64,000 bases of DNA, from assembly GCA_964304625.1 (NCBI GenBank), contig OZ199840.1, positions 9,965,248 to 10,029,247 of the forward strand. Reading direction: 5' to 3'. This DNA is from Kudoa neothunni. Taxonomy: Eukaryota > Animalia > Cnidaria. Shown in pieces: positions 1 through 11,528 of this stretch (position 1 is the stretch's first letter; each line of letters begins with the position of its first letter). The notes under the pieces are model-generated. The model saw nothing but the letters and a program-made list of their open reading frames with translations. It was not told the DNA's origin and did not search any database. Both the position numbers and the translations under genes were made by a program.

Positions 1-1600
1 TTGTTCACTGATTATTTAATTTGTATCTGTTAGTAATAAGTTTTTAAACGTTCAATCTTGTGACTTCGTAATTAAAAACAGAACTTTGTGATGTATTATT
101 CTATTAAAAATTATTACAAATATGTTTTAATTTAACAATGATATTCCCTAATATGGTTTTAAGTTTATAAATTTTTTATAACAATATTTGTTCCAAAATT
201 TAAAAATGAAAATTTTTAAATTAAAATTAACTTTAAAGTAGAGCAATCGTCAAAAATCCAAATGCACGGTGTTTAAGCATTTTAAGTTAAATCAACTATG
301 GATATTAATAAGTTCAAAGTATTTTTTTATTTTTATTCTCAACAATATAAAAATGGTGATTAACTTAAAAATATTTATTTATTACTTAGTTATTGAATAT
401 AAAGTGAAATATTACGCCATATTTTATAATCTACTTCAATATTTTGTGTGGTTGAATGTTTCAAGCGTTTAAAACTAACACAGTAAGTAACCAATTTCAC
501 GCAGTTTTTAAAAAACTATTTCATTGTAATATTGTTTGGTCATTTCTTATATATGTTTCTTATAATATTTAAATCGACATTTTTAATAAAATTATTTTAA
601 AAAGTTCCTAAATAATGTAACAAAAGTCACGTGATTTTCCCAATTTCACTCACTTTTTGTTTATTATTTAGTTAAATCAAGATTAAATACCACAAAACTC
701 CTATAACTATACTTATTGCCTAAAAGTACATTATTAGTTATTATTATGAAAGTCCCCAATCTAATGACTCAAAAACTGCCACTGTATCACATTTCAATAT
801 ATCTATCATCTCGACTCTTCATGGCAACCTAGAGATGAACAATAAAATAATCAAAACCTATAAATATTTTTAGAATCTAAAAATAGAAATCATGGCATGC
901 AAGGCAATTTTATTCTGTTAAGGACGATGTATATGAGTGGATTAAGTGAGCACGAAGCAAAAAGATTGTAGTAAGCGCCATCAAGATAATCAATATGTGA
1001 AATTAATTAGACAAAGAAAAAGGTTTACCTTCTTGTGCAATTCGTTGTGGGTTTCGCTGTTTTAAAAAAGGTTTCAACATTTAAAAATCAAATTTTATTA
1101 GTTAGTCTGCTGATGCTACACCTGAAACTATTTCAGAGTGGATCAATCAAATCAGAACATTTTTTAAAAGATACTCTGAAAATTTTATTTCCAATATAGA
1201 CGAAACTGCCTTATTCTATCAATAGTAACAAGTGGAGTATTTCATATATTGTTGAAAAATAGTTTTGTGCTGTTAACACGTTTCTCGAGTTTTAATTATC
1301 TTTGAAAAATTAATATATAATGAACTAACCTTTTTAAACGCAACTTAATCAATATCAAATGTAAATTTTTTCCTAAACAATTGCACACGCAAGTATGTGA
1401 CATTGGTTTCTTACTGTATAATTAATTTACTGAGATGTATTATCTATCAAAATTTCTGTAAAAACTAGCGACAACCACAAAACGTTGGAATCATAAAATC
1501 CCTATCCAAATCCTTAATAATTCTAATTTCAACACATAATCACTTTCGTTTTTTTAAAATATTTTCCTTGACCCTCGATTTTTTAAAGGCCTAATTACGA
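1..1600 (+). mobile_element. Decayed pogo/Tigger-like DNA transposon (partial)
   Basis: 1106-1225 translates SADATPETISEWINQIRTFFKRYSENFISNIDETALFYQ* (Tigger 'NxDETxLFY' motif), with a CENP-B HTH-like remnant just upstream. Segments 1-45, 438-473 and 1416-1515 recur inverted at ~61320-61965. Confidence 0.65.
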
Positions 1601-1968
1601 TGGATCCGTTGGATCCCCATGAGCGGACTGGTTACTGCAGCAGGTGCGAATATCTTCTGAACTAACGTTTACATCAAAATCTTTATTTCATAAATACGAA
1701 TAACAATAATTAAATAATATTATTAAATAGGTTTTGGTCAATTTTTTTAATTCCTATCAATTCATTGAACAATATGATTTTAAATCATCATGTTTTGCTC
1801 GTATCATGAAATACAAATGAAATCCTGAATGCAATAATATTATTAACAGATTAAATTTACTCTATTGGTAAATCAATTGATATAAAAAATATTCCCTAAT
1901 CAGTTAGTATCATTGTTTCGTAAAGACACGAATATGTGCTATTTGAATTAATTGTTATTTAATAATAT

Positions 1969-3594
1969 ATGCTTGGTGTTGTTATCTTTTCTATATTTTT
2001 GGTGACTGTGTCACTTGGTAATAACAACAAATTTATATAGATATGATTATGTTCGTGTAGAACGAGCGTTGGATTCTTATGCCATGGACCAGGGTGCACC
2101 TCCCTCCTGGATGACCACCGAGCAACGAGCTGCAGCCGTAGTTGATAGATGGTATGTCGATACTCAAACGGCGAAATGCAAACCGTTTAAATATTTGGGG
2201 TCCCTAGGAAATTTTAACAATTTTGTATCAAAAGCTGTTTGTGAAAACCATCGTAAAGCATATGTTCCTAGAAGATTTTAATATTAACATTAGTTAAATT
2301 TACACCGGAAGAAAAATCAAAGGCCTGTGCATTACCTGCAGCACCAGGTTCCTGCCACTTACCAGAAGAGAAAAAATTAGTTAGATGGTATTATTCAAAA
2401 ACTGTAGTTGAAAATGGCGATAAAAATTCTTGTTATCAGTTCAAATACACCGGATGTGGTGGAAATGCTAATAATTTTGAGACTAAAACTGAATGTGAAA
2501 ACGCCTGTCGAAGTAATTCGATTAAAATTCCTGAATAATACGAATTTAAGACTAAATTTTTTAGATAACAAGAATGGAGATGTTGAAGGAGGTACTGACG
2601 AAGCCACACTGACTAAGACACCCAATGAGTTTGACTGTCTTTATGCAGCAGAAGTAGATAGTGATACCCCCAAAATGGGTATAGTTCTTCATAAGGATAA
2701 AAAGAAATGTGTATATGCAGCTGTTGGTGGAGAGGCTAAAAGAGGTTTTTTTGATGATTTACCAACCTGCGTTGATACATGCATAAGTATTTATTTTGTG
2801 ACAATTGACGCCGTAATCAAATATAGCTGACTATGTTGCTGCCTGCAAACAAACGGGTCCATTCCAAATTACACCTGAAAGTAAACTTAATGATGAAACC
2901 AACTTACGAGAATATTATTATTTCAACGAAACGAGAAAAACTTGCCTGCCATTTATATCTGAAATTCCTGATCAAACTTTCAAACTTGACGATGGCGAAA
3001 ATAATATATTTAGTTCGGTGGAATTGTGTGCAAGTTTTTGTCCTGCAAGTATTCGATCAACTAAATCAGGAATATTTAATTTATTATACTATTAAATAAA
3101 ATAGCTGCTCATATTGGGGAACTTAAAGCTGTTGATGTGTGCAATCAACCAAAGGTTGGCGAGGCTAGTAGTGACGATATGTACCAGTTAACTCGATATT
3201 ATTATGAAAAGTCCGAGGGAGACACTGGGTCGTGCAAGAAATTTATATTTAATGGAAAAGAAATGAATCTGAATAATTTTAAAAGTGACGAAGCCTGCAA
3301 TGCGATTTGTAAAACACCATTAACACCCGTTACTGCTGTCTCAGTTCAAACTGGTGTTCAACAACCGCCTGGGAGCACCGATACAAGTTTAAACTCTCAA
3401 ACTGGGCATAAACAAGAAACTGATGCCCCAGAAGTTGTTCCAGAGCCACGAAGCGGAAACGATGCCACTCGAAAACAAAGGCCGAAAGACTGCCTCATTT
3501 TTCTATTTAATACATGCTGGTGAAACATTTTTAATTAAAAAATGTAATTTATTTGTTATATAGGTTTCAAAAACGAAATAGAGAAACCGCATAA
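1969..3594 (+). CDS. Secreted penta-Kunitz (BPTI-like) protein, copy 1; 7 exons
   Basis: Signal peptide MLGVVIFSIFLVTVSL. Exons joined at GT-AG introns give D1 (RWYVD..CKPFKYLGSLGNFNNF..C, 2 Cys), D2 (CALPAAPGSCH..RWYY..CYQFKYTGCGGNANNFETKTECENAC, 6 Cys), D3-D5 (4 Cys each), an S/T/Q/P-rich stalk, and a short last exon (WFQKRNRETA*). Confidence 0.88.
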
Positions 3595-3699
3595 AAGACG
3601 AATTAGCTCATAAAAAATTATTTATATTTTTCCTTAATTTATTAAATCTAGTTCTTGATATTTGATCTTTGTATCTATTTTGATGAAATACCGTAAAGT

Positions 3700-4400
3700 C
3701 TTGATATAGCGCTCTAAATCGGGATTGGAGTTTATACCGCCCAATAAGTAACCCTTACCAAATATCGAATTATGGCGTCTGTGTTAAAATAATAAATATT
3801 TTATTTGTATTATTTAATTAAAAATGTGAAATACATCGATATAATAGTATAAACACTTTTCTCGTTTGTTTTGCGAACTTTTGATCAAGATATATTAGAA
3901 TATAAAAAAAGATAGTAGAGGACATGCATCCTTTTTATCGTGATATTTAACAAGAAGATCATTAATTCCTTTAAAAAATTAGGTTTCTTAAATTTCTGAA
4001 TGATGTTAAATGGAAACTTTATTCCGATAAATAAAACAGTCACTAATGCGGTGATACATTTTTTTGATTGTTTCAATCCTTTTTAACTTTATTTATCATT
4101 TGTTACATATGTTCGTTGGGTCTATTGTTCAAAAAAGAGGGGTACCATCAATATTTAATGTTTTATTTTTCATATCTAATTTTTACCTCATTGAATTTTT
4201 GTAAGTACTGAATAATAACATCAAACCTGCTTGCATCTTCGCGGAGAGTTTAATCGTTAAAAAAAAGCGAGTCTTAAAATTTTCAAACCAACATTTGCTA
4301 CAACTGAAATCAGCGAATTTAAGATCAGCGACAGCAAGTTTTTCCTTTTCACTGATCAAAAAATCTGGGAAATATTTCTTTGTTGTGTTCTCACATTATT
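3700..4400 (-). pseudogene. pogo/Tigger (DDE_1) transposase remnant
   Basis: Minus-strand fragments EKEKLAVADLKFADFSCSKCWFENFKTR (CENP-B HTH) and KQSKKCITALV..GIKFPF..KFKKPNFLK; the copy in unit 3 retains AFILLDRCPSH. Multiple stops and frameshifts. Confidence 0.75.
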
Positions 4401-4887
4401 CATTCATATAACTCACGTTCAATTAAGGTATATTTTCCATTTGTGATTCTTTTAAAGATAGAAGCAGCAATGGAGTTCATTATTTCAGAATTGTTAAACA
4501 CAATCCTGTTAAGAGAAGAGTAACCTATTCTAATTTAAATAAAACTCATTACAACAGAATACATGATATTCTATGGCATTCTAGAGTCATTTATTGGCAT
4601 TTAGATTGACTTAATTAAATCATAATATTGGATAATATCAACTTTGTTGGAAAAATTTCTTTTATTTCTCACAATACCGAACGTTCGAATACCGTGATTT
4701 ATTGGTTTAATTGGATTAAAATATAAAGTAACTAGTGCGAATAGCAAAACCCTGAATTTTACCAAAATCGCGTCAAACAAATACAATTTCATATTTTTGT
4801 GTATATAGTTAAATTGAAAGTATATACAGTAGTACACGGATATTACGCACTTTTTTGGGTCAAAACATTTAGGTGCGTGTGCGTAGA

Positions 4888-6400
4888 TAGGGTTGCCAGA
4901 CAATTTCTGTAAATCGTACCAAATAATGCAATACAATTTAAAATCGTACTAAAATTAAAAAAAGGTATTATATTTCAAAAATAATATAAAAAATAGAATT
5001 CTCGCAACATTAAACCTCTAATGGATAACGGTTTTGAGGTGTGTTGCACCCCAAGCCCATTAAAAGAGGAATTTTTCGCTAGCTTAGAGGGTTAAATTAA
5101 TCAAGACAGAAAAATTTATTGATAGGATCCATTTTTATATTTAAACATCAAATCATTATCATTTTCCTTCTCATATAAGTTTATATTTACCATAACTTTA
5201 GTTAAATGGTCGGACGGATCCCATCTCAGGAAAATAGTTTATCTTTATAAACATCTAGAATGTAAGAGAGCATATATTGTTTCATCTTCCAATATGAATC
5301 TGTATTTTTAACTTTTATTTAAACACTCATGAAAATAATCTGTCAGCAGATTCAGACGAATGAGGCAAAACAAAGAAAGACAACCTTAATTTTTGTAGTA
5401 ATGAATACTTAAATGTTTCTTCTCTTATTTTATTTGTGACTGCATACCAAAATTTCCCTAATCCTTTTAAAAAGATATAACAATTATTCTCCAGCCTAAC
5501 TTTTATCTATTCAATATCCAAACTTAAATTCTCAGCTTAAACAATAAAATTTGGAGATTTCTTTGACAGGGCTATAATGGAATGGGGGTTTCCTTCACTG
5601 ACATTCGCAGGATGTGTTGCTTCCAGTAATTGCAAATGCATGAACTTTGTGATGGTCAAGTATATTTGAAATATCTGTTTCGTCAGTAATAAATAGAAAT
5701 GTAGAGTTTTGGTAAGAAATTGGAAATAAATTTAATTTCTTATTCCAGTGATATTTTCATTCTAAATTGATTCTAATTTCCACCCATAATAAAACTAATC
5801 CGGAAAAATATAAACTGAGGAGTATTTAAAATTTAACTTTTAGGTGTTTTTTAGATCAGACTTTTTCTCAAAAGTAATTAAGTATGACTTTAATAATATT
5901 TTCCAAAGATTTCCTTAGTTTATGAGCTCTAAATCCTCACCTTTTAATTCAACGTTGAGTTTGTTTACTGTAGGTAAGATAAATGTTAAAAAAAGTATAG
6001 TCCATTTTATTTATGAGCTTAAATAGAGGTGAAACTATTTTAGGTGCGGTTCAGTCGTGTTTCCATATGGGCCAACTCTGAGAAACGTCGCGAGAACTGT
6101 CCATTCTTCCAATATTGTCTTAATAACCCACTCAAATAACAGTCATCTTGTTCAGCAGAGATACAATACCATCTGATTCTCGATGCGAAATAATTGTTGT
6201 AATTCGTTACATTCGTTTTGACGTTTGAACTATTTGAGGGGCCTATGTTGATTCTTTGCGATAAGTTTTCTAACACATCATTTCATTATGTGTCACGCAA
6301 TTATAATAATTTATCTCGAAATTTATTGATCTTAAACCGTACCACCTTTCGTCAAGGTCGTACCAATACCTTTATTTAGGGCGAAGACGTAGCAACTCTG
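4888..6400 (-). mobile_element. Degenerate hAT transposon
   Basis: Ends TAGGGTTGCCAG / GTAGCAACTCTG (hAT-type TIR). Minus-strand VLPHSSESADR (hAT dimerisation motif) at ~5340-5370. No TSD recognisable. Confidence 0.65.
5014..5091. mobile_element. 78-bp piggyBac-type MITE inside the hAT remnant
   Basis: TTAA|ACCTCTAA...TTAGAGGG|TTAA, with an internal palindrome (TTGGGGTG-TGTTG-CACCCCAA in the unit-3 copy). Confidence 0.65.
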
Positions 6401-6630
6401 TTTTTGTTATATTATATCAATGCAACAATATTTGAAAACCTCTTATTTATTAATAAGAAATATGAATTTATTGAAGAAAAATATTAAAAAACGTTTGTAT
6501 ATTCGGCTAATTTATAAGCAAAAAAATCTACTGATTTATTTTTCTCTGAAAGATTATATATAGATAGTTCATCTATTAATCATGTATTTATGAAATTAAA
6601 ATTTTAATACGATCGTTATTTTAGTAGATA

Positions 6631-7241
6631 CAGTCGAACCTCGATTTTCCGGAAGATATTTTAAAATTTATTTGGATTTTATTGAAATTGTGTGTCGATA
6701 AATTTTCTATTATTCGGAATAACGATTTAATCAACAATCTAGGATAAATATGCCACCCATCACCACCGTACCACATATACTATGTAGCATATATACCAAT
6801 GCAATCTTTAAACAAAAATTATTCATAAATTTTTATACTAAGACATGAGTTAAACACTCAGTTCCTATATAAATTTGTACTCTATCCGAACATTCGTCTG
6901 CGCGTATTTAAAAAAACATTAATTGTCGATTATTTAAAAAAATAGATCACCCCGCGGTAGAGCTGTTCTCTCCCATAATTATGTATTGTTTTCTCTTTTG
7001 GTCTCCATATGCTTAGTTAATAGATTATCAACATTTTTAATTTAAATGGTATAACTTAAACTATTTTACTAGATGAATAGTAAAAGTTGTTTGTTTATAG
7101 ATCGAAAAAACAATTGTTAAAATAGAAATTAAAAAAATAAGCACACTTGCAGGTGTCATTGTTTATGCAAGATTATCCGGAACCTAGCCATTTGTTGAAA
7201 ACCACTGGTCCCAAATTTTCCGGGTAATCGAGGTAAAACTA
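6631..7241. mobile_element. Tc1/mariner-pogo MITE
   Basis: TA|CAGTCGAACCTCGATTTTCCGG ... CCGGGTAATCGAGGTAAAACTA|TA; an internally deleted copy lies at 27012-27329. Confidence 0.7.
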
Positions 7242-9751
7242 TATTACCATTCGTTTCAACAGCCACTACCCTCATAATTATAAAAATACGTGGTTATCGT
7301 ACTTAGGGGGTTGATACTAATCAATCTTAACAATTATTTGGTCCAGGAACAATAAAATTTAGGAAACACTGATCTAATGATTGGGTTAGATGAAAATTGT
7401 TACTATTTACAACAGTAATATTTAATTTATTGAATAAGGTAAGTCATTTATTTTAATCTCGAACAATAATTAGCTAAATCAATGTGGTTTTTAATAGGAT
7501 TTCTTGCATTTTTAAACAAAATGAATGAGGATAGAATAACATTAAAATTATTGTTGTTAATAATATTATCAAATAGTGACAGAATTCGAAACAATAATTA
7601 ATATGTTTGATTTTTATTTAAAAATATAAAAATCAATTGGTATTAATCTTGATCAGTTGTACGTTTTGGCTGGTATGGCTAAAGTTTACTTTAGCGCTAG
7701 AGCGCGCGTCGATATTAACCCACAGCGGTTCTCATATTTAAATCTTTAAAAAATTTAAACTGCAAACAGAGCACAGTTATTAATGATACAGCGTAGAATA
7801 TTTCTTATAGAATCATTTGGGAAGTTTGAAAATAATCCAAAATACTAAAGGGCACGATAAACCACCGACGTGCGTTTTTCCAATTAAACGTTCATGCGTT
7901 TGCGCCGAGGAAAAATACAATAATATATTAATAGAATGACAAAATATTATGAATTATGATAGATCCTTGAATATGTGATATGCATATAATTTTTGCACTT
8001 CATACACAAATAGATAGTGGTGTTTTTTACAAACAACGCATTTGTGCCTTTTTTCAATGGGTCTACGCTCATTGTTGACCAATCACATAACAACACAGCG
8101 TGAATATTTACTAGAGATGATCTTCTAGTAATTTTTTCATTTCGGATCATATTGGCTACAATACGCATAATATGTGTCGATACTTTTATGTCTCATTTAT
8201 TCCTATAATTGAGCCATATGCAGGAATTGACCGCTGCCATTGAGATAATATTTGTGAACAAGGGCCAGTACCAATTTTCCCAACGAATTTTTACTCTGTA
8301 ACTGGATATATTATTGTCTGCGATGTCAACACCTCCCATATGCTTGTTATACATACATGAGACATATAGATGAACTATCGTCGTGTAGCACTTTCTTGTT
8401 TTACAATAAAGCGTTATATACTGGATTGATTCAACAGAAAGCACATTAATATGAAAGGGAATTGGTTTTGTATCGTTGTAATAAACGCAATTTATTTTGG
8501 TTGAGCGATCTTCGTACGACTCATAATAACCACTAGGTTTCTTTTCCATTATCTTAGGATCTGCTAAGGGGCATTTATATCTCTCTTCTTCTATTCAGCT
8601 ATCAATTTATAAGAGTTGAAAAAATTGTCGAATAAAGATGTCATTTCTTCCTTCAAGTTCTTCAACAAATTTTAACACAAAACTGCCACCTAAACCAAGA
8701 CTTTTGTGATACGATTCTTCCTTACCGGTGTACACATTAAAATTGTAAATATAACCATCAGAAGATGTTTAAAGCGAAAACGAACCGGTTTCCCTTTTAT
8801 GTACATTTCGCAGGTATGATGGCCTTTGTATGGTATCATTTGTTCGTCAATCGCGAAGTTATTATGGAAAAAACCAGATTTTTTATGATTTTTATTCATT
8901 TTTTCAATGAATGGTCTTACTTTGAAAGGTTTATCAGTTTTATCCTACTTTGAATTGTCGTTAAAATGTAGATATTTTTTTATTAATTTGAATCTACTGT
9001 ATGACATTGACTTTTTCACAAGTTCAACGCCAGCGTCCATAGCAGACTCCCAATACATATGCTGCTGGGATAATTTATTATATCCAGTTAATAATAAAAT
9101 GTCGACGAAACATTTGAGTTCCTTTATCGTCAAATGAAATTTATGGTCGTTCCTTTGTTGAGCGTATAAATTTGTTTCTTTAACGATATGCAATAACTAG
9201 TTTTCGTCAAAAATTTCTGGACAACTTTCATATGACTCATACATGTTCGAATCATCATTATCGATAATATTTATTATACTATGGATTATCATATCTTCAT
9301 TTATTGAGTTTGTCAACGAATTATAATGTGGGATGATTTTACGCCATCTCTCTCCGCCATTTTAAATGTTTTCATCATGCTCGACGTTAATTAAAGTTTC
9401 CATTTCGCCGCATATCTCAGGGACAGTTCCAATCTCAATGTTGTCGTAATCTCTGTGGACGAACTCATCCTCTTCATCGGTCAATGTATCCACATGATCT
9501 GAAGGTATGACCATAAAATCAACCGTATTTGGTAATTCATCGATATTTTCAATATTTTCGATGGCATCGACTAAGCTTCTGTACCTCATCTTAAAGCTTC
9601 CACCTTGAGGTTAACAAAAAGATTAATTGAGAAATCGCATGCCGGTAGTTTATCGTGCTCTTTTCGGCATTGTTTTATGTTGGTAATTATTTGTAGCTCT
9701 CTTATATATTATGTTTAATTCTTTACTTATATTAAACTTCTAGTAATATAT

Positions 9752-11271
9752 GGCTATCCATTTTTTCGCCGGCAAAAGTGCGCACGCGTGCCACAAAAAA
9801 TAGACTGTAATAGAGAATAATAATAGTTTTAAAAGAAGTATCAATATTAAATTGATATTTATTGGTCAAAATTAAATCCAAAATACATGCTTAAACTTGC
9901 AAGATATGAAAGCCCATCATATAAGTTGTAATTTTTAACAATTTCGCTTATTAGACATTTTCTAGTGGATAAATTTGTGATACTTCTTGGATTATTTGTT
10001 TTTATTTGCATTTTTCTCACTTTTTTTGTAATAGCGTTATGAATTTCCATAGATTAGGATGCGCTGAGTGAGTCTTTCTTTTCAGAGAACCGTGCCAAGC
10101 TTCTAGTGCATTATTTGTGGAACCATACCCCCCAAGAACAGGGTCATATACAGACCAAAATTTCGTGTATGATACCAATCCAGTGCTTGTATTAATTTTT
10201 TTGTAAATATACTCCTTTTTTTAAAATTTTTCGAATTCATCAATTTTAATACCACAGTTTATTCTTGAATGTATCCTTTAAGAGTTCGTACATCCTGACG
10301 ACATCACATTCTGGAACGTAACATAATAATATTATTGGCTTTATGTAGGATTTTAGGATCTTCGATTGCTTATAATGACTCGCCAGGTCTACATTTTGTA
10401 TTTTTCTCCATATTGTTTTGGCGAAATGGAAATGGCAGTGCTTAATTTCAGTTTTCTTAAAAACCTCATTAAACGATTTCCAAATTGCTACTTCGAAATC
10501 ACAGAAAAAATATTTGGGTTCATAGGGACCAACTTTATCGTAAATCATTTTGAAAAAAGTAGAATATGTTTCATATTTTTTGTTTTGCATCAAGCAAAAA
10601 ACTATCGGTGATACGTGTGCTCCTATTTGTGTGTGTAATGTAAAAAGTTGGTAAATGTCTCGGGGCACAATCCAAAAAGTACCATCACCATACCATACCA
10701 AAGATTTATTCAAAAATTCCATTATTTTAGGATGGTAAAAAACTAAGATTCTATCAGTAGAACCAACACCACTATCGAAATGCAAAAACTACTGACCACT
10801 GAGTGTTTTCTTTAAATTTTTTGGAATATCGTCATATTTAGAGATAGGCTTAATACCCATTTTCCGCCTAATTTTAGTTATTGAATCGGAGATACTTTCG
10901 TATTTGTTGATAATTTTAATCTCATCCAGGTTTTCATTTTCGAAGGCCTTGATGATGATATCAGAAGGTGGTAATGGAGTAATAATTGCTTGATGTCTGA
11001 TCTTTTCGCGAATTTTCAAATTGGTAATCTCATTTTTATGATTTTCGTGAGTGTGACCATCTCATCAATCACGTTTTTTTCTCAATACATGTATATATTC
11101 TACCGCAACATCCTCGGTTACGACATCTCCAACTAAGTCCCTTTTTTGTTCTTGAATCATAATTATATATAAAATCATTATATATAATCATTTCTTTATT
11201 CCTTTTTGATAAAATCACAGATATGCCAGAGATTTCGGTACCGGCGAAAAATCGTAAGGTGATTATTTTGA
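9752..11271 (-). mobile_element. MULE (Mutator-like) transposon, defective
   Basis: ORF 10246-10785 has WYGDGTF..QLFTLH, DFEVAI and CHFHFAKTIWR (MULE transposase), followed by a TNNALEAWH remnant. Imperfect TIR core TTTTTCGCCGG at ~9762 and ~11241-11251. Confidence 0.85.
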
Positions 11272-11528
11272 TAATTATTTGTAGCTCTCTTATATATTAT
11301 GTTTAATTCTTTACTTATATTAAACTTCTGGTAATATATTATTATATTCTAAAAATATAATATTTTTAAATAACAGTTTAGTAGAATTCCTGTTCTATTT
11401 GTATGTTGTCACATTACAAGGGTAATATAGAACAGTATCTGGCACAATGTAAAATATATTTAATGAATATTTTTATATAATATAGAAATTATACATATGA
11501 ATCATATATCCTAGAATTACATTATTAG

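Noticed and set aside
2253-2292. Non-canonical (GC-AG) intron in the Kunitz genes
   Set aside because: A canonical GT donor (CATC|GTAAAG) keeps the frame and is conserved in paralogs; the introns I resolved in the other genes are also GT-AG.
2408-2830. 140-aa ORF (and copies at 16102 and 22772) as a stand-alone protein
   Set aside because: It is an out-of-frame part of exon 3 plus an intron plus exon 4 of the Kunitz gene.
4601-4936. 111-aa minus-strand ORF conserved at 25018-25320
   Set aside because: Conservation is explained by the recent duplication; low-complexity AT-rich composition and it overlaps a TE end.
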